DNA of 63,015 nucleotides, counting the filler, from Reclinomonas americana ATCC 50394 (lineage: Eukaryota), in assembly GCA_048213135.1 (NCBI GenBank). It is 10 parts of 10 records of this genome, joined end to end, with 100 filler letters (N's around TTAATTAATTAA, not from the genome) between each part and the next. Parts side by side here need not be neighbours in the genome. Positions count along the whole stretch, not along the records: positions 1 to 9,403 come from AFZH01017365.1; positions 9,504 to 11,323 come from AFZH01017368.1; positions 11,424 to 13,357 come from AFZH01017370.1; 7 more parts are not named here. One strand, given 5' to 3'. The notes under the pieces are model-generated. The model was not told the DNA's origin. It searched no databases and was given only the letters and a program-made list of their open reading frames with translations. The position numbers and the translations under genes are program-made. Below are positions 1 through 12,225 of the stretch, one piece after another (positions within the stretch are counted from its first letter, which is position 1; every line of letters starts with the position of its first letter).

Positions 1-2649
1 GGTTGTTGTCCTCTGCAAGCACAGCGCACCCAGGTCAGTCTTCGGATCCCTTCTCCTCCTCAACCAAAAAAGGGGACAGAGAACTCACGCTCGCAGAGGT
101 AGCTGAGCAGGCTGGTCTGCTCTGAGGCAGCGCACGACGCCGTCGCACTCGCCTTGCCCTGGAACTCTGGCGTAAAGTCGTCGACGAGGCACATGGAGAG
201 GTTGTCGGCGCGGCCGTAGCTCGCCGACTCGATCTTCACGTGGTAGCCGTCGGGGTAGCCGTTGGTAGGCGTGCAGTCGACCAACATGGCAGAGCCTTCG
301 CACACTGTCTTGGAGTGCAGCGGGTACTTGTCGACGCACTGGTAGTCCGTGGTTACACCCAGGGGCTGTGGGGAGGAGAAGGGCAATGTGAGTTTCTTGC
401 TGTCACGGCCACGACGCCGGGGGGAGACGGCTTGCTACTCACCAGCTGCTCACTGTTGCCATTGTCGCCGTCGTCGTCATCGTCGTCGTCGCCATCATCG
501 CCGTCGTCGTTGTTGCAGGCGTCGGCAAGCTGCTCCACATAGTTCTTCCAGTTCAGCACCTTGCAGGCGGCAAACACCGGGCCCTGCAGCTTGCGCTTGG
601 CCTCCTGTGCGGCCTTGACCTGCGCATCGGCACTGGACTTGGCCTTGCTGGCGGCCACCACTGCTGCCTGTGCGTCGTCGGCCTTCTTCTGTGCGTCCTT
701 GGCCTGCTGCTGCGCCGCGTCGGCGGCCTTTTGCTTGGCATCGGCGTCGGCCTGCTTGGCAGCCGCGTCGGCCGCCTTCTTCTTGGCCTCCTCGTCAGCC
801 TTCTTCTTGGCGTCGCCGGCCTTGGCCTTGGCGGCATCATCGGCCGCCTTCTTCGCGTCGTCAGCCGCCTTCTTCGCGTCACTGGCCGCCTTCTTGGCAT
901 CGTCGGCAGCGTCCTTGGCGGCGGCAGCAGCCTTCGCCGCGTCCGCGGCGGCCTTCTTAGCGTCAGCCGCCGCCTTGTTCAGGTCGTCGGTGGCCTTCTT
1001 GGCCGCCTCGCGTGCCTTCTTCAACTCCTCCGCGGCCTTCTTGGCGGCGGCCTCGTTCTCGGGCGACGCGTTGGCGCACTGCTCACGCAGCACATCCATG
1101 GCGTCGGCGCGGCACAACACCTCCAGATTCAAGCACTTGCTGCGGCGACACTCGACCACGCACTTGCGCTGCGCGGCGGCCTTCTCGGTCTGGCACTTGG
1201 CGCGGCAATCGGCACCGCTCTTGCCAGCCGGGCACTCAGAGGCGCACTTCTACGGAGTGAGGGGGGAAATGTGAGTGAAAGCGGTGAGCACGGCGAGTGA
1301 AGTATGACGGAACTCGCTGACTGGTGGTGGCGCGGCACGACCTGCGGCACGACTGGCCACACGTGCGGCAATCGGTGCGGCACTGCTTGCGAGCTGCGGC
1401 GCAGGCCTTGGGGGTCTGCGAGCCGTCGGCCAAGCAGAGCGCATACTGAGCGCGGCAGCGACGGCGGCAGGCGTGCTTGTCGAACAGCAGGCCGTGACGA
1501 TCCTCGTCGTCGTCCTTGTCCTTCTCCTTCTTGTCATCGTCGTCGCGGTCCTTGTCGTTGCGGTCGCCGCGCAGGTTGGTGCTGCTGCTGCTGCTGCGAT
1601 CCGTGTCGACGAATGACTGCGACGAGAGCGGGCACGTACCCGGCTCCACAAAGCCCACAGTGCTCTTCACCACCTGCACCGTGTGCATGGCGTCGCACTC
1701 GAGCGACAGCGGATCACTCGGGCACGTCACAATCGAGGCGCTGGTGACGCTGCTGCTCTGCACGTCGCGGAACACCAGGTCGCCCTGGTTCGCGCGGCAC
1801 GCCCACGTGATGGTGAGCTTCTTCGGCAGGCCGGTGCACGGGTCCCACCATGTGGTCGGCACCACGCAGCTCGACAGCTCGCGCGCCATGCACATCTCCA
1901 CCATGTTTAGGTACAGGTCCAGACTGTGTCGTGGGGGAGGAGGAGAAGGAGAGTGAGAAGAAGGGGGGAGATGGAGGGAAAGGGAGAGTGAGGGAAAGGG
2001 AGGAAGGAGAAGCGAGCAAAGAGAGGGAGACAGAAGGAGGAAGGGAGAAGATGAGAGACGCGGAGGGAAAGGGGCAAGGGAGGGAGCAGGCAAGGATGTT
2101 GCAAGCAGGGGAGAAGACAAGAGGATTGAGATGGAGCAGCATGCAGGGAAGGAGATGAGTGCAGAGAGAGAAGGGTGAGAGAGAAAGGGGAAAGAGCAGG
2201 AGAAGAAGAGGAGGAGGATGAAGAGGAGCAAGGGAGAGAAGGGAAAGAGATAAGAAGAAGGAGAGCACGAGGAAGAGATGCTGGAGACAGATCCTCAGAA
2301 GGAGCGGAGAGAGAGAGAGGAGGAGGAGAAGGTGCGTGTGAGCGAAAGAGAGACGCAACGACGAGCACTCTCCAGCAGCCGTAGAGCCAATCTCGCGACC
2401 GCACTCGCCCTCCGCCGCCGGCCCAAACGTGGCCGCAGTAATGTGAGGATGAGCATTGTCGGGGCACTGCAAGTTGATCCAGGGCCCGTCGGCACACGCC
2501 TGTGAGGTCGTCCATTGCACATCAGCGCGGGGTCGGAAAAACAGAGCGCGACCTGCCGCTGTTGTCGGAGGCGCATCCGAGCTGGCAACGGCCACTGACG
2601 CGAGCGCGATGATAAGCAGCACAACGGCCGCGCATGTGGCGGTCACCAT
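1..2649 (-). CDS. Secreted multi-SUEL/Gal_Lectin-domain protein with Cys-rich helical segment and Ala/Lys coiled-coil stalk (multi-exon, 3' end runs off the window)
   Basis: Signal peptide MVTATCAAVVLLIIALASVAVA. SUEL-like motifs LQCPDNAHPHITAATFG and CVVPTTWWDPCTGLPKKLTITWAC, plus a further copy VCEGSAMLVDC...VKIESASYGR. CX3C-rich stretch, then an AAKKAADDAKK-type repeat at about 590-1050. GT-AG introns join the ORF pieces in frame. Confidence 0.7.
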
Positions 2650-3705
2650 GCGTGACGGAAATCTGCGGGCACGAGTGTGTGTGAGAGTGGTGAAAGAGAG
2701 TGGAGGCTGCGGACCGAACGATACCTTTGTGGATTACACAACATGAGTACGCGGTGGTGGTGGTGAAAGGAGGGGGGTTTGCCTTCTCTCTCACACACTT
2801 CAGCAACGGGTGATTAATCAACTGGGCTCAATCAGAGGAGGACAAGTTGCAGAACCAAAAACCGCTGACGGCGAACATCTTGTGCAAATTGAGCAACAAC
2901 TGCCCTGCGCTGCCGTTGTTAGAGAGGAGCACTAATAATAGACAGTGGTCTGATTCGCTGTGCGCGGTGTGTCTGTGTGTGTCTCTCTGTGTGTGTGTCT
3001 GTGTGTGTGAGCGCGCCAACTCTTCTCTCGTCTTTTGATGCAAAGTTCGGCAATCTTGTCCGGATTTGGCCAACGGTCGCTCGGTGCTGGCAAAGCTTGA
3101 TGCAATTGCAAATGCACCAGTGGAGTGGCGGAGAAATAGAGGAGCACGCGCAGGTGAATGGGCGTGAGGGTGAAGCATGCAGAGAGTTGCGAGCAACGGA
3201 AACACGGCGAATGGCAACTTGGCGAATCCCACCGACATCATGATCAGCAACAGTTCGTCCACCAGCTTGCAGGTGACAGCTGGTGTGCTCCCCTCGATGA
3301 CAACATCGAGACTCACCCGCACCTTGGCGGCGGCGACACGATTTTTGTGTGGTGAGAGCGTGTTCAATTTCGGAACTTTGACATATTGCGAGAACTGAGC
3401 ATGCAACAACAACAACACCTTTTCTATTCGTTTCGGAACTGTGAAACACTTCATGTTTGATTCAGGTAGTCATCAGACAGTGCAACATGACGCAGCCGTG
3501 CATCCGCAAGCGATCTTTGCGAAGTACGGCGAGCAGCAGCTCGGATTCGTTCAGAATGCTGTGCAACAGCACTCGCGCCGAGAGTGCATGATCCTCTCGC
3601 ACTGACACTTGCTGCATAGCTAAAGAAGATGCTCAATGTATGGATCAGTGAAGTTTCTATTCGATTTGATTTCACTGACCAGACGAACACAACCTGTCTA
3701 GTGCC

Positions 3706-6700
3706 TTACTTCCTTCGCCGGCTGCGCGAGCCCTTCCTTTCTTGCTGCTGCTGAAGTCGGTGTTGCATATGTTGTAGTTGGCGGTACCGTATTATCTCTC
3801 GGAGAGTTTCCGACACGAGACGATGGTCGTCTCCGAGAGAGCGTCTAACAAGGGGGAGCAGGTCGGAGAGTTCAGTGACAGCAGCACTCGGATCTGCTCC
3901 TAACGCAGCCAGTTGAATCCGGGACGTCAGAGTTTCCTCGTGCAGTGGACCGAAAACCTCAGAGCGCAATCGAATAACACGCTGCACGAGCCGTTTCACA
4001 TCCTTCGGCTGCTTTGATGAAACCCGAAGGCATGCAGCCAGGTTTTCCATCGAGACGAGCGTCGATGGATGCCGTTCACCCAGCACCTCTGTCTGCACTT
4101 CCAGCACACGGTGATGCAGTCGCTCAGCCTCCACGAAATCACCACGCGAACTCAAACACACGGCCAGGTTACCCATCGAGGTGAGCGTAGATGGATGCCG
4201 CTCACCCAACATCTCTGTAAACATCTCCAGCACAAGGCGATGCAGTCGCTCAGCCTCCACGTAATTATCAAGCGACTCCAAACACAAAGCCAGGCTGCTC
4301 ATCGAGGCGAGCGTGTGGTGATTCCGCTCACCCAACACCTCTGTGCGCACTTCCAGCACATGGCGAAGCAGTCGCTCAGCCTCCACGTGATCACCACGCA
4401 ACTTCAAGCACGAGGCCAGGTTACCCATCGAGGTGAGCGTAGATGGATGCCTTTCGCCCAACACCTCTGTAAACACCTCTAGCACACGGCAATGCAGTCG
4501 CTCAGCCCCCACGTGATCGCCACGCGACTCCAAGCACTTAGCCAAGTTGTTCATCGAGGTGAGCGTAGATGGATGCCGCTCACCCAACACCTCTGTCTTC
4601 AGTTCCAGCACACGGTGACACAGTCGCTCAGCCTCCACGTGATCACCACGCGATTGCAAACACCACGCCAGGTTACCCATCGAGGTGAGCGTGTCGGGGT
4701 GTCGTTCACCCAACACCTCTGTCTGCTCCTTCACCACACGGCGATGCAGTCGCTCAGCCTCCACATAATCACCACGCGACTCCAAGCATGAGGCCAGGTT
4801 GTTCACCGAGCCTAGCGTGCCGGAATGCCGTTGACCCAACACCTCTGTACGCACTTCCAGCACGTGGCGATGCAGTCGTTCAGCTTTCACGTGATTACCA
4901 CGCGAATCAAAGCATGAGGCCAGGTTACCCATCGAGGTGAGCGTGTTGGGATGTCGTTCACCCAACACCACTCTTTGCATCTCCAGCAAATGGAGGTACA
5001 GTCGCTCAGCCTCCACGTAATCACCACGCGACTCCAGGCACAAGGCCAGGTTGCTCATCGTGGTGAGCGCGTGAGGATGCCGCTCACCCAACACCTCCGT
5101 CTGCACTTCCAGCACATGGCGATGCAGTCGTTCAGCCTCCGCGTGATCACCACGCGACTGCAAGCACGAGGCCAGGCTGCCCATCGAGGCGAGCGTGTCG
5201 GGATGCGGCTCACCCAACACCTCTGTCCGCACTTTCAGCACACGGCGATACAGTCGCTCAGCTTCCACGTAATCACCACGCGACGTCAAGCACAAGGCCA
5301 GGTTGTTCATCGAGTTGAGCGTGGATGGATGTCGTTCACCCATGAGCTCTGTCTGCACTTCCAGCACATGGCAAAACAGTCGTGCAGCCTCCACGTGATC
5401 ACCACGCGATTGCAAACACCAAGCCAGATTATTCACGGAGGTGAGCGTGGACGGATGCCGCTCACCCAACACCTCCGTCTGCTCCTTTGCCACACAGCGA
5501 TGCAGTCGCTCAGCCTCCACGTGATTACCATGCGACTGCAAGCACAAGGCCAGGTTGTTCGTCGACGTGAGCGTGGACGGATGCCGCTCACCCAAAATCT
5601 CTGTGCGCACCTTCAGCACTTGGCGAAAAAGTCGCACAGCCTCCACGTAATCACCACGCGTCTCCAAGCACGTGGCCAGGTCGTTAATCGAGTTGAGCGT
5701 GGATGGATGTCGATCGCCCAACACCTCAGTCTGCACTTCCAGCACATGGTGAAACAGTCGCGCAGCCTCCACGTGATCGCCACGCGACTGCAAGCACGAG
5801 GCCAGGTCGTACATCGAGGTAAGCGTGGACGGATGCCGTTCACCCATGACCTCTATCTGCACTTCCAGTACACGGTGATGTAGTCGCTCAGCCTCCGCGT
5901 GATCACCACGCGACTGCAAGCACGAGGCGAGGTGGTTCATTGAGGTGAGCGTGGATGGATGCCGCTCACCAAATATTCTTGTCTGTATCTCTTGAACAAC
6001 ACCGTACAGACGCTCTGCTTCAAGCGCACGCCCGCACTCATTAAAGCATCTGGCCTGCAGCGCCACCAAATCAACGATCCGTCCATCAGCTGTGGTGACC
6101 ATGCTTTGAATGATCTCAGCAGCATCAGCGTATCGCCTGCACGCAAACAGTAGGTAAGCCTTGCACGTGCTGCGTGCACGATGTCGTACGCCAGCCTCCG
6201 CATCAGTAACAGACAACGAACTGTCAAGTGCATCAATTGCCTCGGCTGCAGAACGGACGGGAAACTCGGCAGTAGACAGTCGGCCATGTACCAACTCGCA
6301 CATGTTTGCCAAGCCGCCGCTGAACAATCGATGCCGAGCTTCGTAATAAGGGCCAGTCTCTTGCCACGGAAGCGAGCGCACGTAATGTGCAAGATCCAAC
6401 CACAACAGCTGCATCGCCGGCGATAGCGAAACCAACATATCAGTGCTGCAATCTTTGTCGCACTGCTGCAAGACACAGTACATGACATTCATCATGCCTT
6501 GTCGACACACTGCAAAGCCGTTGACATCTCCATCGCGTGATCGACCCTGGCTCAGCCACTCCACCATAAGATCATGCAGGTGGTATTGGCACGGATCACG
6601 GACAGTTGCTGCATCCCGTCGACACAACAGTTGCAGCAATTCGTTGCCAGAACCGTGCATTGTTGCTGTTGCCATGCTTGACGATTTGCACAGAGCATCA

Positions 6701-7794
6701 AGGTCGCTGCGTACACCGTCACGTGATGCGCCCACTGGAATCAACTCCTCCAGCTCACGTCGCATTTCTAGAATGGCTTCAGCTGCAGGCCGCGGAAACC
6801 TGCCATCTGCATCACGCAGTTCTTGACTCTTGTCAGCAGCCTGCGCCAATCGCTCAACAAGCCGAGCCAGGCCTGCCTGACAATCGGCAGTCAGTAGCCG
6901 CCCACCACAGTAGTCAGGCACGTCAAGCATCGCGAGCAACGTGGCGACAAGGCGTGAGGTGGCCGGTATGCGCATCTCTTGCAGCACAGCAACCAACAGC
7001 AACACCTGCCGCATACGGATCGAACAGGCTTCAAAGTTGGAGCGCATCAGAATGTCGAGCGCCGCACAATTCTTCTCTTCCAGCAGTCGGGTGAGATCGT
7101 CGCCCATAAGCGTCTCAACGTGACACCGGATGAGCTCACTGCGCGAGAGCAGTGAGTGTTATGATGATGCACACAGCGAGATTTCTGTCCAACAGCAGTG
7201 TCCATCACACCTCAAGCACAGCGAAGCTCGAAAGGCCTGCGGCTTTTGTGCCAGCATGTGCGCCACATTCTCGCGCACAGCTTTAGGAGCGTACGAAAGT
7301 CGACCATCAACCAACTTGACAATGTCAGCCTCCTCCACATCGCCCACATTCTCGCACACCACGTACGCCGCCGAGAGTGCACGGTGGACATCACCAGCTA
7401 CCGCTGCGTACCGAGAAGTGACGATGATGAAGGGAGCCACCATGCTCGACGGATCTGCAACAACAGAGAGCACAGCAAAAAGCATGAGATGCGAAACTCG
7501 AAGCACGGCAACCGCGTCGCACACACCTCGCCGTTTCCCCCGATCATGTGGCGCCTGAAGCGCCGAACTGATTTGCTCAAAGGAGCCAACATTGTCCAGC
7601 AGCAGAACACCGCGGCTGTCTCGCATCAGATCACTCAGTCGAATTCGCAAACTGTCGACATCTGGTGCACGCCCGTGCGACCACGCGTCAATGTCAGAGC
7701 GAAGCTGCGCAGCGTCGGCAGGGAATGTCGATCGTAGCTCATTCGCAAAGGTACGCAGGCAGTCAGCCAGCATCTCGCTGGCCTTTAAACATGC

Positions 7795-7857
<63 letters not shown>

Positions 7858-9106
7858 ATACACCATCATCATGAGTAGCCGCACAGCGGACAGCGCGCGC
7901 AGCGATCAGCGAGACGCACCGGTGTGTACAACTGAGTGTTTGCGATGTGGCCACGCATGTCCGCATAGAGAGCCGAGCCACGCCACATGCCGGCACGGCC
8001 CATCTCGCTAATAATCAGTTCCGCGAGCATGGTCTTGCCGCTGCCAGCTTCTCCGGTGAGCACCACAATGGCCGGTCGCGAGTCTGCGCACAAAGGACCG
8101 AGAGGATGAGCACAGGAATCAGCGAGTGAGTAAGGAAGGCATACTCACTGGCTTCGGCATTCAACATGCACTCGGCGATGCTGGTGGCTAGGGTATGGCG
8201 ATTGGGGAACACGAACTGAGGGACAGAACCAACAGTTGTGACTTGCACCTTCGGGCCCAAAGGAGCGGCGGCTGCAAAAGAGACGAAAGCAACTGTTGGT
8301 CTCTAACAATGCATGAAACAAGCACGCCGCGTGCTCTCACCTCGCCGGATCTCATCGAGTTGTTCCACAAAGGAATCGGCTTCAGCAGCAGGTAATCCAA
8401 GTTGGCGCAACTTGTTCGCAATTTCGCCTTCAGCGGAGCGATCACCGAGCAAGCGTTCGAGATCAGCACGCTCCAGCTCGGGCTTGTCGTGGCTGAGACG
8501 ATTGCGAAGATCACTGCGGAGCCACTCCACTGCGGCGCGCTACACACAGACAAGCGAGTGTAAGCCTCACTTCAAAGGGGTGCACGTAACAGCGCATTTG
8601 CAGAACACTACACACAAATATGCATGCACACACGCACACACACACCTGCGTGGAATCTTCGAGCATGCGAACCACTCCCATAGCCGGATCCGGAGACTCG
8701 TAGTGTGCGCCCAGAGCCAAAGACGACAACACGGTCGTGTCAAACGAATCACACAGAGGCTCCACGACACCGGCCAGCAGCTCATTGTGCCAGGCGTCGA
8801 AAGCAGCGTGGTGATGATCGCCACGAATCAACACGTAGAACTCGCCTGCGACATGACAGCTACAAACACGATGTGGGTTGAGTCGACAACACATATATGC
8901 ACAATAAACGATGCGCACGGGGAGTGGCAAGCAGACGCACCGTGGATCGCGCTTCTTGTCGATTTTCTTCCATTCCTGCATCAGGTGGAGACCAGTGTCG
9001 CGGTGGCACTGGCGAACGAACGGCGGCAGCAGTCGTCGCACCAAAGCGCGCAGAGCACCAGTGGCCACAACACGCTGCGCTTTGGTGACGCGCCAGAAGT
9101 TGGACC
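3706..9106 (-). CDS. NLR-like STAND protein: HEPN - NB-ARC-type ATPase - kinesin-light-chain-type TPR array (multi-exon, 5' start uncertain near the gap)
   Basis: Spliced N-terminus contains FDTTVLSSL...LRNRLSH (RxxxxH at 8489-8506). Walker A GEAGSGKT at about 8031-8054, Walker B VLLLDNV, sensor-1 IIVTSR. ORF 3706-7107 carries about 15 near-identical 42-aa TPR units (HPSTLTSMNNLASCLQSRGDHVEAERL...). Confidence 0.85.
4070..5965 (-). repeat. Coding tandem repeat, 126-bp unit x ~15 (TPR array)
   Basis: Unit visible at DNA level (e.g. cagtcgctcagcctccacgtgatcaccacgcgact recurring every 126 bp). Confidence 0.95.
7796..7850. repeat. (CA)n microsatellite in an intron
   Basis: Perfect dinucleotide run. 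Confidence 0.95.
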
Positions 9107-9245
9107 TGCGCGAGAAAGCGAGGAAGAGAGAGAGAGAGGCAGATTCAAGTGAACCAGTGGTTCGTGCGTGTGCGCGTGGAGAGAGAAAGTGGGACGAGAG
9201 TACGAGGTAAACCGTTGCGCACGTGGCTGTTTGCATGAAACGTCG

Positions 9246-9246
<1 letters not shown>

Positions 9247-9290
<44 letters not shown>
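9247..9290. repeat. (GA)n microsatellite
   Basis: Perfect dinucleotide run near the contig end. Confidence 0.95.
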
Positions 9291-9293
<3 letters not shown>

Positions 9294-9403
9294 ACAGAGA
9301 GAGACGACGACGTACGTAGTGTAGTACTATTACTAGTACGACGAACGACGTAACGGTTCGTTCCGTCGTACGTACTAATAGTGTGTGTCGTGTCGTACGT
9401 AGT

Positions 9404-9503
9404 NNNNNNNNNNNNNNNNNNNNNNNNNNNNNNNNNNNNNNNNNNNNTTAATTAATTAANNNNNNNNNNNNNNNNNNNNNNNNNNNNNNNNNNNNNNNNN
9501 NNN
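9404..9503. other. Artificial scaffold-gap spacer N44-TTAATTAATTAA-N44 (also at 11324-11423, 13358-13457, 21195-21294, 33078-33177, 37490-37589, 47253-47352, 48377-48476, 60189-60288)
   Basis: Identical 100-bp structure nine times; the 12-mer places stop codons in all six frames. Confidence 0.98.
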
Positions 9504-9582
9504 TTTCCCTCCCGTCACCCTTCCCCTTCTCCCCCTTCCCTCACTCTTCCCCTTTCCCTCACTCCCTCGTCCACTCTCCCAG

Positions 9583-10885
9583 ACGCGCTGCTGTCCACCT
9601 CTTGTCTGGACGCGACCCCGAGATCCGCATACAAGCCATTGAGACCTACCTCGCCCACCTCAACGCCCTCGTTTCGTCCTTTCCCCCTTTGTCTCACACT
9701 TGCCTCCCCTCTGACACACACGAGCCACACACAAAAAGACCACATACATTGATCTGAAGGAGACCGCGAATGATCCGGTGCGCGTGACCCGCCAGTGCGC
9801 GCTCACCTGGTCCTCCATGGTGCTTCCGGAGACCAAGAAGAGCCTCTTTCGCGACGCAGAGACTGTCAAGTACACAGTCACCTCGCTGCGCTTCGATCAG
9901 GTCATGATGCTCTTCTGTCTCGGACTGGCGCTCATTGCGCAGGCCGAGGGTCTCATTGAGGCGACCACCGACAAGGACTCGTTTGCGGCGGCAGTGAAGC
10001 CGGCGTGCCAGCACCTGCAGCGGTGAGTTTTTAGGCACGCGCGATCAGACAGGAGAGTAAGTCGCTCATGTGGGGTTGCAGTGCGGCTGGCGTGTTTGAG
10101 TTTCTGGCGGATAGGGAATTGCCGCGGTATTATCTGACACCGCAGCGATCGGCTGGCGAGCTCAATCAACACGCCGCCAATGCGATGAAGATGTTGCGTC
10201 CTCTGTTGGTGATGTGGATGTGTGGTGCGTTGGTGTTGATGGCGATGATGCAGTGCGGCGCTCGGGCAGGCGCAGGAGTTGGTGTGCCGTCGTGGTGCGT
10301 TCAAAGAAGAGTGCTTCTTTCCTCCCTTCGTCACTCGACTCACTCGTTGCTCTGTGTGGCACAGCCGAACTGCAAGGGTCATCGCCTGGAATCATCGGTC
10401 GCCTGGCCTTCCCACTCCTCCAGCTGTACACAGAGTTGAGTCTCAATCTCTTTCTCTCCTCCCTTGTGGGCTTCAAACTGACTCCTCCTTCCTCTTACAG
10501 CCTCTCGGAGTACATTTCACGCATCGAGGCTGACGAAGGCCGTCACGTCACGCTGTACTTGGTGGTCAAGGCACGCAATGGCCTCAATTATCATGGCGTG
10601 CTCACCTTCAAGTGCCTCGGCTTGATGCACTACGAGAAGGAGTTGCGACGGTCGCAGTGTTGAATAAGTCACATCACGCCTCGACTGACACCCGCTCGCA
10701 GAGAGGTGGGAGTGGCCATCTCCATGCTGCAGGGCGCCGAGTACCACAACACCGAATGCCACTTCCCCCCATTCCCCAACGATTCGAACTTGGAGGCGAA
10801 TCTGGAGCGACAAATGGTCGAAATCCGTGCGCTGCACCAAAAGTTGCGTGGAATTGTGAAGAAACGACTGCCCCGCTGTCGCGTG
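9583..10885 (+). CDS. BRO1-domain (BROX/ALIX-like) protein, partial, multi-exon
   Basis: Spliced translation shows BRO1 hallmarks: TWSSMV...SLRFDQVMMLFCLG, ACQHLQRAAGVFEFL, AALGQAQELV, VGVAISMLQGA. Both ends are close to gaps. Confidence 0.7.
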
Positions 10886-11226
10886 TGGATCCGTTCACAG
10901 GCTTCTTGCCCCTCTCTTGCGTGATCCTTTTCTCTCTTGTTGCTCCTCTTCTGATCGCGTCGCTCTCGTTTCATTCGTTCTCATGTCGCTGTCTTTCGCC
11001 TGCGTTTCCCCTCTCAGTCTCTCCGTTCCGTTGTCTGCCTGTCATCGCTTCGTTCGTTCATTGGCCCGCCTCCATGCTTCATCTCCTTACTTGCCGCACT
11101 TGTCCTCGTTCGCGTCGCTCTGGTATCGCCCTTTCGCTTGCAGTAGCTGCCTCGTTCAACCCTTCTCTTATCGCCCACCTCATGCCTGTATCGATCCCCG
11201 CCGTTGTCTCTCCTTGTTGAATCACT

Positions 11227-11231
<5 letters not shown>

Positions 11232-11323
<92 letters not shown>
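11232..11323. repeat. (CT)n microsatellite abutting a gap
   Basis: Perfect dinucleotide run. Confidence 0.95.
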
Positions 11324-11423
11324 NNNNNNNNNNNNNNNNNNNNNNNNNNNNNNNNNNNNNNNNNNNNTTAATTAATTAANNNNNNNNNNNNNNNNNNNNN
11401 NNNNNNNNNNNNNNNNNNNNNNN

Positions 11424-12108
11424 CATCACCGCCTGGGTCATCTACTGGTACTTTATCAACTCGTTCCGCGCACTGGCCAGCTGGGATCCGATCGAGTACG
11501 CCCTCATGCTGCTCATTCCGGCCATGTTCCACTGGTTGTACTTGTCGTTCAAGCAGGCGGTGTACTTGTGGCGAGCACGTGGACGCATGCTGCAACTGGC
11601 GTCGCAGTTGAATGGCGGAGGAGTGGAGCAGACGGCGTTCGATGCGGAGCTGTATGAGTGGGCGGTTGGAGGCAATCCGCTGTGGCTCGAGTCGGTGGTG
11701 CTGCGGGCGACCAACCCCGCGACTGAGATCGTCGATCAGCTGCAGCGCATCCATCAGGCGGCGGAGAAGGCGGCGTCGGCCAGCTACGCCGAGTGGTTGC
11801 AGGTGGAGGCCACGCGGTTTGCGTGGCTGTCGGGCATCGAGTGGCTGATGCTGCTGCTGAATGTGCTGGCCACGTACGGCTACGCCCTCGAGCCGCTCAT
11901 GTTCCTGCTGCCCGACAGCGCCGCCGGTGGCTCGCCGGCGTGGCTGCACACCGCCAAGTTTGGCTACACCGACAACGATGCGCTCTTTTACGGCAATGTC
12001 ATCGGCGACATTTGCTGGACGCTGGAGCCCGTCATCATCCTGGCCACGCCGACGCTGATGCACAGCGTGATCGAGAGCAAGGCGGCGACACTGAAGAAGA
12101 CGCAGTGA
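11424..12108 (+). CDS. Multi-pass membrane protein of unknown function, 3' part (5' lost in gap)
   Basis: Open frame with strong GC3 bias from the gap to the TGA at 12108; four hydrophobic segments (ITAWVIYWYF, ALMLLIPAMFHWLYL, WLMLLLNVLATYGY, WTLEPVIILAT). Confidence 0.65.
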
Positions 12109-12225
12109 TGCGGAGAGGCACTCAGCGATGGCGTTGTAAACAAGAAGGAAGCTGGTACATGCATTTTTTCTCTCTCTTTTTCTCTCTGCACAAGTCTGCA
12201 TACACACACATACACACACGATCAA

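Noticed and set aside
561..1300. Plus-strand Ala/Leu/Gly-rich ORFs that look like membrane proteins
   Set aside because: Reverse complement of the Ala/Lys coiled-coil exon of the lectin gene.
2828..3690. 200-aa and shorter ORFs between the lectin and NLR genes
   Set aside because: No recognisable motif, they run through CA repeats, and no consistent exon chain could be built.
4069..5883. Long plus-strand ORFs with a repeating MQSLSLHVITTRLQA unit; also a superficial CRISPR-like periodicity
   Set aside because: These are antisense shadows of the 126-bp TPR array; the whole unit is conserved, with no unique spacers and no cas genes.
9300..9403. Odd TACG/GTAC-rich, quasi-palindromic stretch
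   Set aside because: Directly follows a (GA)n run at a contig end and looks like low-quality read-end noise.
9448..9459. Palindromic TTAATTAATTAA repeated nine times at intervals
   Set aside because: Always centred in 44+44 Ns; it is an assembly spacer with stops in six frames, not a biological repeat or piggyBac TTAA target site.
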